Of a stretch of 64,000 nucleotides of DNA, positions 59,477 to 64,000 are shown piece by piece. This DNA is from a virus: the IMG/VR virus record IMGVR_UViG_3300024255_001088, one strand, 5' to 3'. Under the pieces are notes generated by a model. That model did not search any database and was not told the origin of the DNA. It saw only the letters and a list, made by a program, of their open reading frames with translations. How positions within the stretch are numbered: position 1 is the stretch's first letter; each line of letters opens with the position of its first letter. Made by a program: the position numbers and the translations under genes.

Positions 59477-59780
59477 ACCAATCTCAACTAAGCAGTGGAT
59501 TACATTTACCACACTACAACTTGCAGATATCTATACAACTTATCGTGGACTTAAATACAATTGTGTTTATGAGATGAATCCAATTGTTGGTGAACAACCA
59601 TCAGTACCACAAATGTTTCTTGTTAAAACACTTGTTCTCTTGCCTGCAATCGAATCCGATATGAAACGACAAACTCTCGAACCACAAACTATGGATAATA
59701 TAAATCTTCTAATGGCATTAGTTGTAGGAAATAACTACAATGTATGGCACAGAGCAGAAAAAAACTGTGGAAGAAGATGA
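59187..59780 (+). CDS. Putative exported/membrane protein overlapping the cyclase 3' end
   Basis: SD AAGGA, signal-peptide-like N-terminus, C-terminal 'D..TT..GL....E.NP' motif. Confidence 0.6.
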   Translation: MKNLNLLTCLLLMWASVSVQANVLSETWVPNLDSTIPSSEMPSTWALDSKDKQEIIMGLTCCYRKELINYVQTEHSLELIELQLKENQNRLQFTLVEPISTKQWITFTTLQLADIYTTYRGLKYNCVYEMNPIVGEQPSVPQMFLVKTLVLLPAIESDMKRQTLEPQTMDNINLLMALVVGNNYNVWHRAEKNCGRR

Positions 59781-60544
59781 TAATAATAACTGGTACAAAA
59801 AAAGATAACAGAGTATCTTTTCTTGTATACAATGATAATTTTGAACTACAATTGGTCAAACCCTACACTCCTGAATTAGATGACTTGTCAGTTGAAGGAA
59901 TGAAATCAGGCAAAAAAACCAGACCAACCTTTAGACCCTTTGGCATAACTTATGATGAAGATAATATTTACATTGCAAATCATACTAAAATAGGTATCTA
60001 TGATATCAATGATTACACATTCAAAGGTCTATTACCTATTACTAGTTTTTTTAACACGCATCAAATATTAAAGAAAGACAATATCATGTATGTTGCGAAT
60101 ACACACGAAAACTCAATTGGTATACATAATTTAGATGACGGCAGTTCATTCTTTAAAGTTCTTCCTAAAAAATCTCATTGCAACAGTCTATTTTTTAAAG
60201 ATGAGTTATACTATGTATTTCACAATAAAAATCTAAAACCATCTGAGTTTTATAGAGGAGATACTAAGATAAAGGAATTAGGAAGAAAATGTCATAACAT
60301 AATTGTTGATGAACATTTCTATACTATTGATACAGGTGCCTATGAACTAGTCATTGATGACGATAGATATTTCATTAATAAGGGTTTCTGTAGAGGTTTA
60401 GCAAAAAGAAATGGAAAACTTTTAGTTGGCAATAACGAAGGAGATGTTGCGTCTGTTTTTGTTTTTGATATAGAAAATAGAGTATTTAATAATCAAATAA
60501 ATATAGAACACCTAGATAAAATTACAGATATAAAATGCATTTAG
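59777..60544 (+). CDS. Beta-propeller-like protein
   Basis: Repeated short beta blades ('FGIT', 'HQI', 'HCNSL', 'HNI', 'RGLA'); ATGA coupling at 59777. Confidence 0.55.
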   Translation: MIIITGTKKDNRVSFLVYNDNFELQLVKPYTPELDDLSVEGMKSGKKTRPTFRPFGITYDEDNIYIANHTKIGIYDINDYTFKGLLPITSFFNTHQILKKDNIMYVANTHENSIGIHNLDDGSSFFKVLPKKSHCNSLFFKDELYYVFHNKNLKPSEFYRGDTKIKELGRKCHNIIVDEHFYTIDTGAYELVIDDDRYFINKGFCRGLAKRNGKLLVGNNEGDVASVFVFDIENRVFNNQINIEHLDKITDIKCI

Positions 60545-61173
60545 ATAAAATATTTTACACTCCTTTTCTGAGTCATAAATTTCCAGATAACACTGAGTTA
60601 AACAAAAACTTGATTGATGAAATTGAACAAGAAAAACTCCTTGCGCCAGATGGTGACACACGAAGTTTTGCTTCTACACCCAATAACACTTGGCAATCGA
60701 ACACTAAGATGCAACATACTTATCATAGTTTTAGAGCTTTAACTCGTCAGATAGACGATTTACTCCTAGAAGAAGAGATGCAAGTATCAACCTGTTGGGC
60801 TAATCTTATACATGGAGCTGGTGGATTTTCTTTTCCACATACTCATAACAGTAAAAAAAACGAAATAAGGGGTTCGGTTTCTACCAAAATGACTGCTGTA
60901 TATTTTCCAAAGGGTCTAGTAGAAAAAGATAATTTCATGAAAAGTAGATATAGTAAAGACGAGGGAGATTTAATTCTCTTTTCTCCAAACTTTGCATATA
61001 AAAATTCTCATACTGATGTTTTAAGTATAAGTGTAGTAGAATCTTTATTGGTTGTATTTCCCAATAATATAACACATATGGTTAAACCTATGCAGACAAA
61101 TACAAAAAGATATTCTATAGTTTGTACATTTTCTACACCTAAACAAAAGGGAAAATATGAATCGCTTTTCTAA
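60535..61173 (+). CDS. Putative 2OG-Fe(II) oxygenase (TIGR02466-like)
   Basis: 'WAN....G....PHTH', 'FP....H.V.P', 'R.SI'. Confidence 0.7.
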   Translation: MHLDKIFYTPFLSHKFPDNTELNKNLIDEIEQEKLLAPDGDTRSFASTPNNTWQSNTKMQHTYHSFRALTRQIDDLLLEEEMQVSTCWANLIHGAGGFSFPHTHNSKKNEIRGSVSTKMTAVYFPKGLVEKDNFMKSRYSKDEGDLILFSPNFAYKNSHTDVLSISVVESLLVVFPNNITHMVKPMQTNTKRYSIVCTFSTPKQKGKYESLF

Positions 61174-61849
61174 AAATACTTCAGAAATAGATGCCGTTGT
61201 TGCATTTTCTGGCGGAGTGGAATCTACATCACTTCTACAATATCTTTGTGATAACAAATTAAAAGTGGCTGCAATATACAGTCATTATCCTGCAAGAAAA
61301 AAAACAATTCAAGCTAATCGTCTTCCCAATCATTTAGAACTAATATGTAAACTACTTGATGTTGACTTTATAACACATACTCATGAACATTATACCAAAT
61401 ATCGTGATGTCGAAACTTCTTTTTATTCTACAAGACATTGGTTATTAGCAATGTGTAATGCATCATTGAGATTTTCAAAAGTTAAAAATTTCTATTGGGG
61501 AGCAAATAGTGGTATGTTAGAGTTCAATGATGGATTAGGAGACTGTTCTATAGTCGACCCTACAAAGTATCAGGTTCAAAATGTATTTGAGGCATTACAG
61601 AACATACCCCAAAAAGTAAAAGGATATCATGATGCAGATGCAAAACATCATGATGGAAGTTATAAACATTCTTTTGATTGGCCAATCAAACAAACAATAT
61701 CAGCACCACTAATAGGTTGGACAAAAAAACAGCAATGGGATTATATAAGAGATGATATAAAACCATTAGTTCAAAGTTGTATACATTTTACTAATTGTGG
61801 TAAATGTATGAAATGCGAAGAATTTGAATTATTAAATGTCACTAAATAA
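61157..61849 (+). CDS. QueC-like PP-loop ATPase
   Basis: 'AFSGGVES' PP-loop; C-terminal 'SC....CGKC.KC' zinc motif. Confidence 0.7.
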   Translation: MNRFSKNTSEIDAVVAFSGGVESTSLLQYLCDNKLKVAAIYSHYPARKKTIQANRLPNHLELICKLLDVDFITHTHEHYTKYRDVETSFYSTRHWLLAMCNASLRFSKVKNFYWGANSGMLEFNDGLGDCSIVDPTKYQVQNVFEALQNIPQKVKGYHDADAKHHDGSYKHSFDWPIKQTISAPLIGWTKKQQWDYIRDDIKPLVQSCIHFTNCGKCMKCEEFELLNVTK

Positions 61850-61863
61850 TAAAAAAGGAGATT

Positions 61864-62073
61864 ATGATGCCAGTGAAATTCGGTAAAACTTCTATACAAA
61901 TAGATAGAAATACAAAAAAGAAAACTATAGTTCATGACTATATGAAATGCAAATCTAATGCAGAGTTGATAGATGCGTATAACAAACCAGTTATACCTAA
62001 ACTCAGACAAAAGGTTAAAAATGAAATGGTCAGAAGAAACATAAAGGGTCTTGCAAATATAACCTTTAGCTAG
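61864..62073 (+). CDS. Small basic conserved protein
   Basis: TAAATA and SD AAGGAG upstream. Confidence 0.65.
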   Translation: MMPVKFGKTSIQIDRNTKKKTIVHDYMKCKSNAELIDAYNKPVIPKLRQKVKNEMVRRNIKGLANITFS

Positions 62074-62197
62074 TATAATTACTAAATACTATTGTGACAC
62101 ACAATTGTCACAAAACAGAAACAATTACGATACAAAGAGTAAGTAGCGAAAGCGAAGTCCAGTTGTCAGATAGTTTCTAACATAACAGGAGATAACA

Positions 62198-62308
62198 ATG
62201 CGATATTATGCATCATTGTCTGCCGAGTATCTAAAGACGCAAGCAGACAAACTACACAACCTTATGAAATGCGGAAGATTACAGAATGTAATCAGAGACA
62301 TTTATTAG
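62198..62308 (+). CDS. Possible 36-aa protein (not in ORF track)
   Basis: SD AGGAG; MRYYASLSAEYLKTQADKLHNLMKCGRLQNVIRDIY. Confidence 0.5.
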   Translation: MRYYASLSAEYLKTQADKLHNLMKCGRLQNVIRDIY

Positions 62309-62327
62309 GTTTTTTTTAAAAACCCCC

Positions 62328-62357
62328 TTGAAAAATCTGTAAAAAGACATATATAAT
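62328..62357 (+). promoter_or_regulatory. Promoter upstream of the hsp20 leader
   Basis: TTGAAA-N18-TATAAT, preceded by AAAACCCCC. Confidence 0.55.
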
Positions 62358-62358
62358 A

Positions 62359-62459
62359 GTAGTACGAGAACTTCAAAAGAGCTCGGATTTGGAACTAGGA
62401 TTGGCCAACGCCGACATCTAGTGACCCCAAGTCTTCAAAAGAGCTCGGTTCTCTACTAC
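62359..62459 (+). ncRNA. Candidate structured RNA with two-fold internal repeat
   Basis: Closing stem GTAGTA-C-GAGAAC / GTTCTC-TACTAC enclosing two copies of CTTCAAAAGAGCTCGG. Confidence 0.5.
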
Positions 62460-62512
62460 CCTAATGCTCAATAGAGGTTAGGTAACATAACTTGCTTTAA
62501 ATAGGAGAAAAT
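62460..62512 (+). promoter_or_regulatory. ROSE-like RNA thermometer
   Basis: CTTGCT-TTAAAT-AGGAG pairs UUGCU against the SD; upstream hairpin; precedes a small heat-shock gene. Confidence 0.6.
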
Positions 62513-62920
62513 ATGACAGCAATAGATAACTTTGGTCAGTTCAGACCATTCACAATAGGATTCGATAAACTCTTTTCAGACATGGAGAGAATCTCGAATA
62601 TTAACGATAACTTCCCACCTTACAATGTAATTAAGTCTTCTGAAGAGTCTTACATCATTGAACTTGCAGTAGCAGGATTTAGTAAAGATGAATTATTCAT
62701 TGAGTTTAAAGATTCAGTTCTTAAAGTCGATGGTAAGAAAGAGACTAGGGAGATTGACTTTGCACATAAAGGTATTTCTGAGAGAAACTTTGCAAGAAGT
62801 TGGACTCTTGGTGAATATGTAAAAGTAAAGGGTGCAGAAGTTAAAGATGGTATGCTCATCATCTCACTCTTAAAAGAGATTCCAGAAGAAGAGAAACCTC
62901 AAGTAATTAAAATTAAATAA
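62513..62920 (+). CDS. hsp20: Small heat shock protein (IbpA-like)
   Basis: 'IGFD', 'FPPYN', 'ELAVAGF', 'HKGI..R.F', 'A...DGML.I.L...IPEE.KP..I.I'. Confidence 0.95.
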   Translation: MTAIDNFGQFRPFTIGFDKLFSDMERISNINDNFPPYNVIKSSEESYIIELAVAGFSKDELFIEFKDSVLKVDGKKETREIDFAHKGISERNFARSWTLGEYVKVKGAEVKDGMLIISLLKEIPEEEKPQVIKIK

Positions 62921-62934
62921 TTTTAAAAACCCCC

Positions 62935-62963
62935 TTGAAAAGTATGCAGTCTTTTAGTATACT
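62935..62963 (+). promoter_or_regulatory. sigma70-like promoter for the tRNA
   Basis: TTGAAA-N17-TATACT, 8 nt upstream of the tRNA. Confidence 0.7.
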
Positions 62964-62971
62964 GTATACAT

Positions 62972-63044
62972 GCGGAGTTAGTTTAAAGTAAAACACTTTA
63001 CTTCCAGTTAAGAGATTCTAGTGCAATTCTAGAACTCCGCTCCA
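62972..63044 (+). tRNA. tRNA-Gly(TCC), atypical D and T loops
   Basis: Acceptor GCGGAGT/ACTCCGC, discriminator T plus CCA, D stem GTTT/AAAC, anticodon loop CT-TCC-AG, T stem TCTAG/CTAGA. Confidence 0.88.
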
Positions 63045-63064
63045 ACTTTATTATGGAGAACGAT

Positions 63065-63610
63065 ATGTCTTACCCTTATAACAACGGCATGCTTTGTGTC
63101 GGAGATGAATTTCCTTCCTTTGAATTACAAGGAGTTAATTCTAACAATGAGATTGTACCGGTCTCAGTAGAAGAGAGTTATACACCACATAAACATGATT
63201 GGTCAGTAATTTACTTCTACCCTAAAGACTTTACATTTATTTGTCCTACCGAAATTTCTGCAATGGATATTTTGACAAGTGAGGCAAATGTGATAGGTAT
63301 ATCTGGCGATAATGAGTTTTGTAAACTTGCATGGAAACAAAGTAATGAGTTGATTGGAAACATTCAACATACATTAGCTGCAGACTGTGGTCTGTATCTT
63401 TCAGAATCTTTGGGCATTATCAACCAAGAAGAAGGAGTCTGTTATAGGGCAACTTTCATTGTTGATAAACAAAGAGTCGTACAACATGTATCAGTAAATG
63501 CACTAGATACAGGTAGAAATGCAAACGAAGTTTTAAGAACCTTACAGGCACTTAAGGCGGGTGGTCTAACTGGATGTTCATGGCAACCAGAAGATGATTT
63601 TGTAGCATAA
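63065..63610 (+). CDS. ahpC: 2-Cys peroxiredoxin (AhpC family)
   Basis: 'FYPKDFTFICPTE', 'GRN..E.LR...AL', C-terminal Cys; SD GGAG before ATG 63065. Confidence 0.9.
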   Translation: MSYPYNNGMLCVGDEFPSFELQGVNSNNEIVPVSVEESYTPHKHDWSVIYFYPKDFTFICPTEISAMDILTSEANVIGISGDNEFCKLAWKQSNELIGNIQHTLAADCGLYLSESLGIINQEEGVCYRATFIVDKQRVVQHVSVNALDTGRNANEVLRTLQALKAGGLTGCSWQPEDDFVA

Positions 63611-63623
63611 CACAAAAACTCAC

Positions 63624-63667
63624 TAGACAGGAACCCAAGTTCATCGTATAATGGACTTGGGTTTTTT
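63624..63667 (+). promoter_or_regulatory. sigma70-like promoter overlapping a terminator-like hairpin
   Basis: TAGACA-N17-TATAAT, with the -10 inside the loop of AACCCAAGT...ACTTGGGTT-TTTT. Confidence 0.6.
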
Positions 63668-63670
63668 ATT

Positions 63671-64000
63671 ATGTTAATACTTTCAAAACAAGATGCTGAA
63701 TATGTAGGTCAAATTTTTATTGACTACTATTCCAATTTCGATAGAATAGATGATTATCTTCGCAAAGTCAAATTAGAAAAGATGGCAGAAAGACCTGCAT
63801 CTTTATTTGGTATGGGACCAGAAGATGATATGTTTCAAGACTTTACTATGCACCCAAATGATATGGAGTTTGTTTGCAGAGAGATGCCAATCTATGATGA
63901 TTACATTGACATAGTTGCATCTCAAATGATACAAAAGTCTATACCAGGCAAAACTTTAAAGTGGGTAGTTTATGAAAAGAATACGAATAAGATTGTGGGA
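63671..64000 (+). CDS. Conserved T4-like hypothetical protein (runs off the window)
   Basis: Open frame MLILSKQDAEY...RIDDYLRKVK...HPNDM to the window end. Confidence 0.65.
   Translation, partial: MLILSKQDAEYVGQIFIDYYSNFDRIDDYLRKVKLEKMAERPASLFGMGPEDDMFQDFTMHPNDMEFVCREMPIYDDYIDIVASQMIQKSIPGKTLKWVVYEKNTNKIVG

Noticed and set aside
62093-62112. CRP site linked to the phage adenylate cyclase
   Set aside because: TGTGA and TCACA are 10 bp apart, not the required 6.
449-62862. Minus-strand ORFs and alternative-frame ORFs inside repeats (e.g. 4833-5588, 11791-12462, 14453-14998, 33973-34491)
   Set aside because: They are shadows of well-supported + strand genes, caused by codon bias and repeats, with no recognisable motifs.
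1-64000. Stop-codon reassignment
   Set aside because: Core genes are full length in the standard code, and TAA, TAG and TGA all end genes.

Overview
The window is part of a large, AT-rich T4-like myovirus genome, most similar in gene content to marine phages of heterotrophic proteobacteria (host not determinable here). All credible genes are on the + strand. In order it carries: a baseplate/tail-fibre region (1-17 kb); a glycosyltransferase and 2OG-Fe(II) oxygenase cluster; the T4 neck-terminase-tail-head block (gp13-gp23, gp3); uvsY/uvsW, gp55, gp47/gp46 and peptide deformylase; a VWA/AAA pair; gp45/44/62/regA; a curli-like csgF/csgG locus with FecR and a CHASE2 adenylate cyclase; hsp20, an atypical tRNA-Gly and a peroxiredoxin. 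The main finding is two pairs of adjacent Pro-punctuated repeat genes (3312-4901 + 4908-6002 and 13387-15489 + 15530-16996). In each pair the second protein is a unit-by-unit 'reverse complement' of the first at the peptide level. Repeat-unit lengths mirror exactly (310 aa in pair 1; 464 aa / 63 units in pair 2) and follow a strict cross-strand rule (xTYxHRSP opposite xIRxxQxP; xTYx[A/N]RxP opposite YIAxxQxx). I infer heterodimeric antiparallel peptide zippers that extend from trimeric fibre tips, one ending in a Hint self-cleaving domain. All assignments come from reading the sequence; no database search or structure prediction was run.
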